Source of the DNA: Candidatus Spongiisocius sp.
GTDB lineage: Bacteria; Actinomycetota; Acidimicrobiia; Spongiisociales; Spongiisociaceae
DNA: 64,000 nucleotides
Direction of reading: 5' to 3'
Assembly: GCA_965203035.1 (NCBI GenBank)
Contig: OZ241858.1
Location: forward strand, 2,347,685-2,411,684
Below the pieces are notes generated by a model that did no database searches, was not told where the DNA came from, and was given only the letters and a program-made list of their open reading frames with translations. Both the position numbers and the translations under genes were made by a program. Shown in pieces: positions 29,963 through 38,575 of this stretch; the first letter of the stretch is position 1; each line of letters opens with the position of its first letter.

Positions 29963-31053
29963 TCTGGCGGATGACGGATGCCGGGCCGCGGCATCTGGTG
30001 TCATCGCCGCTCGATTCAGAGCAGCGTCTCGAGGACATGATCGCTGAAGATCCCGGCATGTGTGGCATCGACCTGCTCGTAGTCGGACGCCAGGTACGGA
30101 CCCGGTATGGCGGATACATCGATCTCCTGGCCCTCGACGCTGACGGCCGCGCCCATGTCCTGGAACTCAAGCGTGATCGGACCCCTCGCGACGTGGTTGC
30201 CCAAACACTCGACTACGGATCCTGGGTGCAGGATCTCGGCATCGAGGACCTAGAGCAGGTCTACGCCCACCACCATGATGACGAAACCGACCTCGGTGAG
30301 GCGTTCGCCGAGCGATTCGGCAGCCCGCTGCCGGACGTGGTCAACGCCGACCAGCAGTTCACGATCATCGCATCCGAGCTCGATCCGACGTCAGATCGCA
30401 TCGTCGAGTTCCTCGCAGAGTCCTACGGCGTGCCCATCAACGCCGTGTTCTTTCGCCACTTCAGCGACGGCGACCGTCAATACCTCGCGCGGACGTGGCT
30501 GCTCGACCCACAACCGGGCGGAGATGCGACGCAGCGGCCATCCCGCCGCAAGAGCCGGCCCTGGAACGGCCGGGACTTCTACTGCGTGCTCGACCGGGCA
30601 GAGCAGCCCGACCGCTGGGCCATAGCCAGAAAGTACGGACTCCTAAGCGCAGGCGGGGGATCGCGATACTGGAAACCCCTACGGCATCTCACACCGGGAA
30701 AGCGCGTTTTCGCATACGTGGGCGGCGCCGGATACGTCGGGATAGGCCGGGTCACCGGCGAGATGATCCCTGCCCGCGATGCCAGAGTCGAAGCCAACGG
30801 CCAACTCCAGCCACTCGTCGATCAACCAGAGCTGAGCGCAGACCGGTGGAAGGATGCCGCCTCGGATGACCCGGAACTAGCCGAGATGGTCGTGCCGGTC
30901 GAATGGCTCGGCACCCGACCCATCGAGAAAGCCATCTGGGAGAAGGGCCTCTTCTCCTCACAGCATGTCGCCTGCAAACTCCGCGACGAGAACACGATCA
31001 GAACAATCGAGTCAGCATTCGGGCTCGACCCGACAACGGGGACGAGTGACTAG
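29944..31053 (+). CDS. NucS/DUF91-like endonuclease with C-terminal EVE/PUA-like domain
   Basis: EQRLED..YIDLLALD..VLELKR..QTLDY; C-terminal GKRVFAYVGGAGYVGIGRV..VPVEW. Confidence 0.8.
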   Translation: MAVEMAIWRMTDAGPRHLVSSPLDSEQRLEDMIAEDPGMCGIDLLVVGRQVRTRYGGYIDLLALDADGRAHVLELKRDRTPRDVVAQTLDYGSWVQDLGIEDLEQVYAHHHDDETDLGEAFAERFGSPLPDVVNADQQFTIIASELDPTSDRIVEFLAESYGVPINAVFFRHFSDGDRQYLARTWLLDPQPGGDATQRPSRRKSRPWNGRDFYCVLDRAEQPDRWAIARKYGLLSAGGGSRYWKPLRHLTPGKRVFAYVGGAGYVGIGRVTGEMIPARDARVEANGQLQPLVDQPELSADRWKDAASDDPELAEMVVPVEWLGTRPIEKAIWEKGLFSSQHVACKLRDENTIRTIESAFGLDPTTGTSD

Positions 31054-31065
31054 GAGGTAGGACCG

Positions 31066-31962
31066 ATGGACCTCGGCAGGCTAGAGCGCGAGAATGTCAG
31101 GAAGGCATGGCCGCACGAAGCGCACGACTTCACTCCATGGCTGGCACAGAACCTGGACCGTTTGTCGGCCGAACTGGGTATCGACAATCTGGAACTTGAA
31201 GACACCGAGGTAACCGTCGGCCCGTATCGCGCGGACATCGTCGCTCGGATACCGGAAGACGACTCCAGGGTATTGATAGAGAATCAACTGGAGCACGCCA
31301 ACCTCCAACACTTGGGGCAGGTGCTGGCCTATCTCGCTGGCCTGGGAGCGAGGATTGTGATCTGGGTCGCTACCGGCTTCGACGAGTCTCACCTCTCTGC
31401 CATCCGATGGCTCAACGACCACACCACTGATCCCTTCGCGTTCCTTGCGGTGCGTGTCAGCGTTGTTCGTATTGGGGAGTCGCCGCTCGCCCCTGTCTTT
31501 GATGTGATCGAACGTCCAAACGAGTGGGACCGGACCGTTGGGGAGATCACCCGCAGCGGATCGCTTAGCCCTGTAGGCCAGTTTCGGCGTGACTTTTGGG
31601 CGCACTTCGCGAAGGTGCTGCCTGATGCGCCCGGGCCTCGACCCGGCTATGCCGGAAGCAACGTGTACCACCCGGTCGAGCAGGCGAACCTCCGCATTTG
31701 CCAGTATCTAGCCCAGGGCGAGGTGGGTGTATACCTGACAGGAATGACCGGCAGAGGGGATGCCGATGTCAAGAAGCAGATCGCACAGTACACAGACGAC
31801 CTCGCGAGGAAGCTGGGGGACGGGACGAGGGTCTCAGGCTCTGGCACCATCCTGAAAATCGACTCCAACGACCGGAGCAACTGGGACAAGATGGCACAGT
31901 GGCTCGAAGACCGGCGAGCACTCTACGAGCGAGTTCTCCTGAAGGGTCCTAACTCCGATTGA
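31066..31962 (+). CDS. DUF4268-domain PD-(D/E)XK-like protein
   Basis: WPHEAHDFTPWL, RADIVA, IENQL, HLGQVLAY, WLND. Confidence 0.82.
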   Translation: MDLGRLERENVRKAWPHEAHDFTPWLAQNLDRLSAELGIDNLELEDTEVTVGPYRADIVARIPEDDSRVLIENQLEHANLQHLGQVLAYLAGLGARIVIWVATGFDESHLSAIRWLNDHTTDPFAFLAVRVSVVRIGESPLAPVFDVIERPNEWDRTVGEITRSGSLSPVGQFRRDFWAHFAKVLPDAPGPRPGYAGSNVYHPVEQANLRICQYLAQGEVGVYLTGMTGRGDADVKKQIAQYTDDLARKLGDGTRVSGSGTILKIDSNDRSNWDKMAQWLEDRRALYERVLLKGPNSD

Positions 31963-32003
31963 GAAAACGATCAGAACAGTCGAGTCGGCACTCGGGCTTG
32001 ACC
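31961..32003 (+). repeat. 43-bp imperfect direct repeat of the NucS-like gene 3' end (30988-31030)
   Basis: GAGAAAACGATCAGAACAGTCGAGTCGGCACTCGGGCTTGACC versus GAGAACACGATCAGAACAATCGAGTCAGCATTCGGGCTCGACC. Confidence 0.85.
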
Positions 32004-32134
32004 TCACTGACGGATCGGGTGGATCTTTCCAACACTCCCACCGCTGCGGCTAACCCCACCCCCGCCCCCCAGATCGGCCGATGGCTCAGGTAGTTTTACA
32101 GACACGGAGGACACAACCTGAGAGGGGAGCGACT

Positions 32135-32320
32135 GTGACCTCTGTTCCTGCGACCGACACCGCCGATGAGACCCTGACGCTGGCTGACATAGACGCAGCC
32201 ACCGGCAAGAACCCGGACCCGACCGGGGACTTCGCCGCTGGTCGAACCCATATCCATGAGAGCACGGACGACTTCCTCGCCTGCCTCGCCTCCCAGCCTC
32301 GCGAGCCAGCCAGCCGCTAA
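32135..32320 (+). CDS. Small acidic antitoxin-like protein (copy 2)
   Basis: DFAAGRTHIHESTDDFLACL tail; RBS AGGGGAG; precedes a toxin stub. Confidence 0.6.
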   Translation: MTSVPATDTADETLTLADIDAATGKNPDPTGDFAAGRTHIHESTDDFLACLASQPREPASR

Positions 32321-32329
32321 CCCCCACCA

Positions 32330-32365
32330 ATGCCGGCCCATGAGGAGTCTCTGCCGCGTTCCTGG
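32330..32365 (+). pseudogene. Truncated RelE-like toxin stub (copy 2)
   Basis: ATGCCGGCCCATGAGGAGTCT(CT)GCCGCGTTCCTG, then similarity ends. Confidence 0.75.
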
Positions 32366-32659
32366 TTATTCGGCCGGCCCCTTGCTGGGCTCATGCCAGC
32401 TTGGTCGAGACTGACAGCCGGGAAGCACCCCGTGACGCTTCGCGGGATGAGGGGGACAGCGGTCGAAGGTGGTCAGGCAGACTTCCGGATGGCAGACTAG
32501 GCGGCAGGGACGATGCACCTGGGCCCGGCTGCTAGCTGCTTACACGTACCACACAAGCTTGTCTAATATAGACGTGCTTGTTCGTAGGGGTTTTCAACGT
32601 CAAGCGGAGACACCTGCTGCTAGCATCGAAATTCAAGCTGTATTAGAGAAGGACGGGGG

Positions 32660-33055
32660 ATGGCTGCCAAGACACCGACTCATGTGTACAAGCATCTAAC
32701 CCGCATCGGCGGTGAACTGTACGAGCTGCTCAACCAGATCAACCCACCTGCTCTCGATCCCCTCCCGGCCAACCGAGACGTGCCGGCAACCCGGCTGGAC
32801 GAAGCTACGCCACGAGTGTTCTCAGCGGTCAAGGCGGCATACGACGCTGTCGAGACCGCGCGGAGAGCAGTCTTGCCGGCAAGCAACGCCGAGCGAGTCA
32901 ACCGCACCTACCTGCTCCGGGAGATACTCCACTCACGGCCGGAGATCACCCGCAGCGAGGTGATGCAGCTACTGCGATGGGACGACGAAACACTCGATCA
33001 GACTCTCGGAGACCTCGAACAGGTGGCCATCGGGCAAATCGCAGCGAGCGCATGA
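32660..33055 (+). CDS. Hypothetical protein, possible C-terminal HTH
   Basis: RBS AAGGA; ILHSRPEITRSEVMQLLRWD..TL; ATGA overlap with the next ORF. Confidence 0.55.
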   Translation: MAAKTPTHVYKHLTRIGGELYELLNQINPPALDPLPANRDVPATRLDEATPRVFSAVKAAYDAVETARRAVLPASNAERVNRTYLLREILHSRPEITRSEVMQLLRWDDETLDQTLGDLEQVAIGQIAASA

Positions 33056-33300
33056 TCGAGCTTCCCTGGCTTCTCTATGTCCTTCTCGGCGCGAGTGCCG
33101 TCGGATCGTTGGCGGATGCCGCTCTGCGGATCCTTCGATACAGGCGGGAGAAAGGGCAAGCGGAGGCTGATGTCTATTATCGACAGTCCCAGGCCGGTGT
33201 GAATGTTGCGGTAGCAGGAGCCATGCTCAGAGCTGCGGACGTGAAATCTGGGGATGATCTGATCAACCTCATAGAGCGGCTCCGTGGCCAGTCAACCTGA
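33052..33300 (+). CDS. Hypothetical small protein with N-terminal transmembrane helix
   Basis: MIELPWLLYVLLGASAVG followed by RILRYRREK; translationally coupled. Confidence 0.55.
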   Translation: MIELPWLLYVLLGASAVGSLADAALRILRYRREKGQAEADVYYRQSQAGVNVAVAGAMLRAADVKSGDDLINLIERLRGQST

Positions 33301-33313
33301 CAGGGGAGTGACT

Positions 33314-33499
33314 GTGACCTCTGTTCCTGCGATGAACACCGCTGATGGGGCCCTGACGCTGGCTGATATCGAGGCAGCTACCGGCAAGAACTCGGATCCG
33401 ACTGGGGACTTCGCTGCTGGTCGAACCCATGTCCATGAGAGCACGGACGACTTCCTGGCCTGCCTTGCGTCCCAGCCCCGGGAGCCGGCCGGCCGCTAA
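33314..33499 (+). CDS. Small acidic antitoxin-like protein (copy 3)
   Basis: Close paralogue of 32135-32320; separated from its toxin by an IS. Confidence 0.6.
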   Translation: MTSVPAMNTADGALTLADIEAATGKNSDPTGDFAAGRTHVHESTDDFLACLASQPREPAGR

Positions 33500-33500
33500 G

Positions 33501-35235
33501 CCTGAATCCACCGATGGCCTTGTCGGGGTGGTGGCTGAGGGGGTTGTGGGTGGGTTGAGTCGGGGCTGGGGGGTGTTGAGTCGGGGGTTGGGGTGTTGGT
33601 GGGGTCGATTGGTTCCGGTTTTCGGGGGTGGTGGTTGATGTTCGGGGGTGGTGGTTGTTGTTTGAGACGTGTGGGATTGGGGTGTGGGTGGTCGGTTGCG
33701 GTGTGGGGTGGGCTGGTTGGGGGTTAGCAGAGCTGGGGTAGGGCTCGGAGGTTTGTGAGGGTGGTCAGATACGTTCGGGCCCAGGGCCATCGGGTGGGTA
33801 GGCGGAGTTTGTGGTGGCGGCTGTGGTTGACCAAGCGGCCGGGGATGCCGAACAGTCGGTTGCGGATGGTGCGGCCGGAGACGAGTTTTGTGGGGGGTTG
33901 TGTTCGGCCCAACAGGGTTATCCATCGGGTCATGTTGTGGGCTAGGGCGGCGCAGGTGAGCCAGGCGGCGTTGGCGGCGAAGCTTCCGGACGGTAGGTGG
34001 GAGAGACCGGCTGAGCTTTTGAGGTCTCTGATTGCGAGTTCGCAGACGGCGTGGTGGCGGTGGTATCGGTCTGCTTCGATTGCTGTGGGGCATTCGGTGT
34101 CTGTGTCGGCCCTCGGGTGGTGGTGCTGGTCGGCTTCGGTTGCGGATGGGTTGAGGTTGGTGACGAAGGTGTGGTAGCGCCAGTCGGGCCATAGTCGCTT
34201 TTGGGGGCCGACCAGGCGGGTGCGGCGCACCACGAGACGGAGTTTCATCCGCTCCGTGCGGCGGGTGCGATGTGTCGCCCAGATGGTGGTCTGGGCGACC
34301 TGCGCGACGCCGTCTTGGGGGTAGTCGATAGGAGCCCACGCGTCTTTGTCTATTTCGGCTATTGCTTGGCGAACGTTGTTGTACTGGGGGGTGGTGATCG
34401 ACCAACCCACGCCGAGGCTCTCCAGCGTTTTGAACATTTCATAGGACCAGAACCCCGAATCAGCTCGCACAGTGATCTCGCCCGATGCTCCAGCCCGCCG
34501 CACACGCCCGATGGTTTCTTTGGCGAAGTGGACCACACCCCGCTGTGATGCCCCTTCCCGCAGGCGGGCACCGACCACCTCTCCCGTGTCAGCCCGGGTC
34601 GCTACCAGGGGGTGATAGCCCAACACGTTCGTATACCCATAGGCGGCGCCTTGTTTGGCTTTGCCCGACACCTCACAGATCGTCGAGTCGAAATCCATGG
34701 TCAACTCCCCATCACCGGGCCCCACGCCTGCTTCCCATGCCCGACGCAGCGCCGCTTCCGCCGCTTTGTCCAACTGACGTGTGTGCCCCCAGGTGAACGA
34801 ACGCAGAAACGTGCCCACCGTCGACGGCGCCATCACCCCAAAAGGCAATACCCGCTCCGTTGAACCGGCCCGGAGCCGATCCACATGATCAATATGAGAA
34901 CCCCCCACCAGCATCGACGCAACCAACGTCAATGTCTTCCGACCCGGATTCGCGCCACCAACCCGACCCCCCAACCCCACCGTCTTATCCACCAACTCTT
35001 CCAACCCCAACCGGTCCATCAACGTCCCAGCCGCCAGCAACCCCGCGTCAGCCACCAAACCCTCATCGTCGAAAACCACCCTCAACCGATCAATGTTCTG
35101 CGATACTCCACTCACAGGAAGTGCCTCCCGACTCTGAGCCAATACCCTCTTGTGATACGGTTATTGTCCCAGGTCAGAGGCACTTTCCTGCATCAATCCA
35201 CCCCCTCAACCCCCAACCAGCTCGGTGGATTCAGG
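33501..35235 (-). mobile_element. IS1380-family insertion sequence, copy 1 (1735 bp)
   Basis: Terminal IR CCTGAATCCACCGA/TCGGTGGATTCAGG; 5-bp TSD CTAAG at 33496-33500 and 35236-35240. Confidence 0.95.
33724..35115 (-). CDS. IS1380-family DDE transposase
   Basis: MDFDST, GYHPL, RADSGF, CELAIRDLK, FAANAAW; probable GTG start at 35115. Confidence 0.93.
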   Translation of the reverse strand: MSGVSQNIDRLRVVFDDEGLVADAGLLAAGTLMDRLGLEELVDKTVGLGGRVGGANPGRKTLTLVASMLVGGSHIDHVDRLRAGSTERVLPFGVMAPSTVGTFLRSFTWGHTRQLDKAAEAALRRAWEAGVGPGDGELTMDFDSTICEVSGKAKQGAAYGYTNVLGYHPLVATRADTGEVVGARLREGASQRGVVHFAKETIGRVRRAGASGEITVRADSGFWSYEMFKTLESLGVGWSITTPQYNNVRQAIAEIDKDAWAPIDYPQDGVAQVAQTTIWATHRTRRTERMKLRLVVRRTRLVGPQKRLWPDWRYHTFVTNLNPSATEADQHHHPRADTDTECPTAIEADRYHRHHAVCELAIRDLKSSAGLSHLPSGSFAANAAWLTCAALAHNMTRWITLLGRTQPPTKLVSGRTIRNRLFGIPGRLVNHSRHHKLRLPTRWPWARTYLTTLTNLRALPQLC

Positions 35236-35249
35236 CTAAGCGCCCACCA

Positions 35250-35552
35250 ATGCCGACCCATGAGGAGTCTGCGGCGTTCCTGCGCGACTTCCGGCAGCTA
35301 ACCGACTCGCAGAGGGCGCAGTTTGGGAGAGCCCTGCGCCGATTCGTTGCCGATCTCCTAGCGATGGACGCGGGCCAGAAGACCTGGTTCAGGCCGGGTC
35401 TACGTGTCAAGCCAGTACGAGGTGCCACCGACTTGTTCGAGATGTCGTGGGCGCCCAACGGCCGTGCAACGTTCTCTTGGGGCGACCCCATCATCGCTGG
35501 GACGCGGCACGTTCTCTGGCACCGCTGCGGCAACCACGACATCCTGCCGTGA
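35250..35552 (+). CDS. RelE/ParE-superfamily-like toxin (copy 3)
   Basis: Close paralogue of 29581-29883. Confidence 0.72.
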   Translation: MPTHEESAAFLRDFRQLTDSQRAQFGRALRRFVADLLAMDAGQKTWFRPGLRVKPVRGATDLFEMSWAPNGRATFSWGDPIIAGTRHVLWHRCGNHDILP

Positions 35553-35555
35553 GCC

Positions 35556-35712
35556 GGGGGAGTGTCACTGGCGGGTGGCATCATGTGAGTTCTGGCAGAG
35601 CGAAAGGATTCGCGTGGCTGTGGAGATGGCAATCTGGCGAATGACGGATGCCGGGCCGCGCCATCTGGTGTCATCGCCGCTCGATCCAGAACCGCGCCCT
35701 GAGATGATCGCC
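35556..35712 (+). repeat. Leader repeat copy 3 with truncated NucS-like 5' stub
   Basis: Reads VAVEMAIWRMTDAGPRHLVSSPLD, as at 29944, then diverges. Confidence 0.88.
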
Positions 35713-35849
35713 GATACGTGTGGACGCACACCCATCAAGGGGCACGCTGGCAGACGGTCGGCTCGACACTCCCGGGCCTCGGCGGGTGTTGACGACGCGG
35801 TCCCTCGGAATCTTGGCGGCGTACCTCCTACATTTTGGACCTAAAAGGA

Positions 35850-37184
35850 ATGACACGGATGCAGAAGATTGCGATCCTTAAGAGACTCTTAGACAGTGCG
35901 CTCGAAAGTACTGAGATTCGCGACCGTAGTCAACTCGCCACAAGGTACTCCGTAGAGAGCTACGGTCAGGCATTACGCGAGATTCGTCAACAGTATGTTC
36001 CTCATCGGAGATTTGCCTTGCTGCGATACGAGATTGTGATACAGGACCATCGTGCCCATACCAACTTGCTGAACCTCCTCAGGGTTCTCTTAGGAGAACA
36101 TGTGCATGAAGATCGCATACAGACGGCGCTGTTCAGCATCCATGGTGGTGGAGTGGTTGGCGGGTACAGTATTGAATTATTGGGCAAGAGACTATTGCAA
36201 CTCGCATTGATCCACGGACCTGGTACAGCTGCTGCTCTCTTCGTCAAATCGTTGGAGGATCAAGAGTGTGAATATCAATCGTATACACTCCTTGGAGGCA
36301 TACGAATCGATTCAACATTAGGAGTCTATGACGGTGTGCGCCTCATTTTGCTGTCTCAGAAGAGCGTAGAGTTACCGGGATATCTGCCAGCTATGTTCGG
36401 TGACGTACATCTGCAGCGCTTCCTCGGCGGAACCCTGATCGCAGAAGACATGACCGTATCACCAAGATATATAAACCCTACACACTTCTCATCCCCAGCA
36501 AGGTTTGAAGAGAATGGTCTGTTCAACCACAGGCACAAGAGCACTGAGGTACCTTTCTTTAACCTCTCGGAATTCTGTAACGCGCTGTCGATGGTTACTA
36601 AGACTAGAGTCTTCGCGTCGGTTAGTTGGAAACATGTCTCGGAAGATGAAGTTGCCAGTTTTGGAGAGTACGGGAATGGATACGGTTGGAGTCGTGAACC
36701 GGCCCCGATGGCAACAAAAGTGATCACGGGTCAGCAGGTACGAGAAGCCAAAGGAGTATATGAGTCCCTGACGAGCTTGAGACCTGATGACCGAGCACGC
36801 CTGTCGGTCCCGATTGACAGACTGGTTGCATCGTGGGGAGGGAAAGGCCACGTTGATCAGGTTATTGACTTGGCGATCGCTCTTGAGAGCCTCTACTTAC
36901 CGGAATTCGATAGTGAACTGAGTTACAGGCTTCGCAACCGCGGTGCACGGTTCCTGGGAACAGACTTACCACAGAGAAAGACCTTAGCTGCTCAGCTAAG
37001 GTCTTTCTACAAGGTCAGATCAAAGGCTGTCCACACTGGCAAGATTCCTGATTCGCATAAGATCGACGGCCACCGGGTCGATACAGCAGAGTTCATTGGA
37101 ATGATCCAGGAACTGTGCCTACGTTCCATTCGGCAAGTGCTTGACGACGGTTTCCCCGATTGGGAGGACCTGGAACTTGGTTGA
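35850..37184 (+). CDS. ApeA-like HEPN domain protein
   Basis: DLAIALESLY..ELSYRLRNRGARFLG..YKVRSKAVHTG (Rx4H); visibly lower GC than flanks. Confidence 0.8.
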   Translation: MTRMQKIAILKRLLDSALESTEIRDRSQLATRYSVESYGQALREIRQQYVPHRRFALLRYEIVIQDHRAHTNLLNLLRVLLGEHVHEDRIQTALFSIHGGGVVGGYSIELLGKRLLQLALIHGPGTAAALFVKSLEDQECEYQSYTLLGGIRIDSTLGVYDGVRLILLSQKSVELPGYLPAMFGDVHLQRFLGGTLIAEDMTVSPRYINPTHFSSPARFEENGLFNHRHKSTEVPFFNLSEFCNALSMVTKTRVFASVSWKHVSEDEVASFGEYGNGYGWSREPAPMATKVITGQQVREAKGVYESLTSLRPDDRARLSVPIDRLVASWGGKGHVDQVIDLAIALESLYLPEFDSELSYRLRNRGARFLGTDLPQRKTLAAQLRSFYKVRSKAVHTGKIPDSHKIDGHRVDTAEFIGMIQELCLRSIRQVLDDGFPDWEDLELG

Positions 37185-37452
37185 CAGCGGTGGCGATAGC
37201 GCCCTCAGGTTTGTCGTGTCCGGTGAGGTCGGGAGGGGTCCGAATACCTGTATCCTCTCTTGGAGAGCCTGCCGCTAACTGGCGTACGCGCTCCCTTGCT
37301 GGCTCCGCTGGTGAGCTGCAAGCAGAGATCAATCTAAGGGGATCAGCGCGACCGGCGCGGTTCCGTTGATCATCAGTGCTTAGCGTCGCGCATCAGTGTT
37401 CCGTACCTCGCTTGCGCTTCCCGCACGATCACTCCAGTCGTCAGTGAACGGA

Positions 37453-38440
37453 TCACTGCGGGACGAGCGCTAGCCAGCAGACGAGGTGGACATCGTCTGG
37501 GGTGATCTCGGGTAAGGGCTTGGGGGGAACGTAGGGTTCGAGGCCCAGGTCGCGGATGACTTCGAGGATCTTCTGGGCCTGTTGGGCGGGGTCCTGAAGG
37601 CTCTTCATTGCGGCGCGGAAGGTTCGGATGGTGCGTTGGGGGTAGGGGGCGTGAAGGGTGTCGATGGCGCGGTCGATCTGGTCTTGGGTCATGGATGGGG
37701 GAGCGTGGGAGCGGACGACTTCGGCGGCTCGGGTGAGGGTTGGGGGGATTCGGGGTTCGAGGTTGGCTTTGTCGGCTAGGAAGTTCCACTTGTCGACGAC
37801 ATCGGTGCGAGCGGTCTCCGAGGCGGCGAACGCGCCGCGGTAGGTTGTCGAACCCGTTGCGTGGGCGGGCGCGGTCGAGGCAGGCGAGCGTGTCCGCGAT
37901 CGGGGTGCCATCATCGTCGGGACCGACGTAGCGGAAGAGGGGCTGTTTCCAGTCCGCTACCCGGAAGCAGAACACGTAGCCGGGTTCGGAGATGCCGGGG
38001 GTGGGGATGGCCATTCCGGATCCTGAACCCCAGGGGAGCTGTTCGATCTGCTCCCTGAACCCTGTTCCATGGCTTGGCGGAGTTCTTGGCGGTATTCCTC
38101 TCCGGAGAGAGCACCTCGGCTGGTTCCGCCCCGTTCGAACAGGGTTGGATCCTCTCGTCGGATCCGTTCGATCTCTTCTCGGGTTCGGCGAAGTCGATGT
38201 CCCGTCGTGACTGTTTGGGCAGGATCTCGCCTACATCTACCGCGGCGGATGCCTGTTTGATCTTGTGATGGAGGCGTTCTTCGAGGTTGAGCAGATCGTC
38301 GAGCCGGGCGTCGGGGAACACACAGCGGATCACGATCTCGCTGTGGAATGACCCGATGCGGTCGATACGGCCGTTGCGCTGCACCAGTCGCATCGGATTC
38401 CACGGGAGGTCGTAGTTGATGATGTGGCCGGCCTGCTGGC
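37453..38440 (-). pseudogene. C-terminal remnant of a SNF2-like helicase, frameshifted
   Basis: HIINYDLPWNPMRLVQRNGRIDRIGS (helicase motif VI); continues across several frames; N-terminus missing. Confidence 0.78.
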
Positions 38441-38543
38441 ATCAGGTCGTGAACGACGGAGATACCTGTGTGAGGTGGGTGGACGGCCGGCGGTCCACAG
38501 TCACCGCCTTGGAACCCAGGGCCTCCTCGCCGAATGTGAGTCC

Positions 38544-38565
38544 TGTCATGGGGAATCACTACGAT
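38544..38565 (+). promoter_or_regulatory. PafBC/RecA-NDp-like promoter of res
   Basis: TGTCAT-N10-TACGAT, 10 nt before the ATG. Confidence 0.55.
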
Positions 38566-38575
38566 TCGTCCGGAA

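Noticed and set aside
33505-33723. G/T-rich quasi-repeats (also at 45711-45929), possible G-quadruplex or tandem array
   Set aside because: They are the 3' non-coding tail of the IS1380 element, identical in both copies, with no regular period.
35148-35156. Variable IS loop as a target-specifying guide (bridge-RNA-like)
   Set aside because: Neither loop sequence nor its complement matches the corresponding insertion flanks, and IS1380 encodes a DDE transposase.
27009-37184. Classical integron or prophage interpretation of the repeated units
   Set aside because: No tyrosine or serine integrase, no recognisable attC sites and no phage structural genes in the window.
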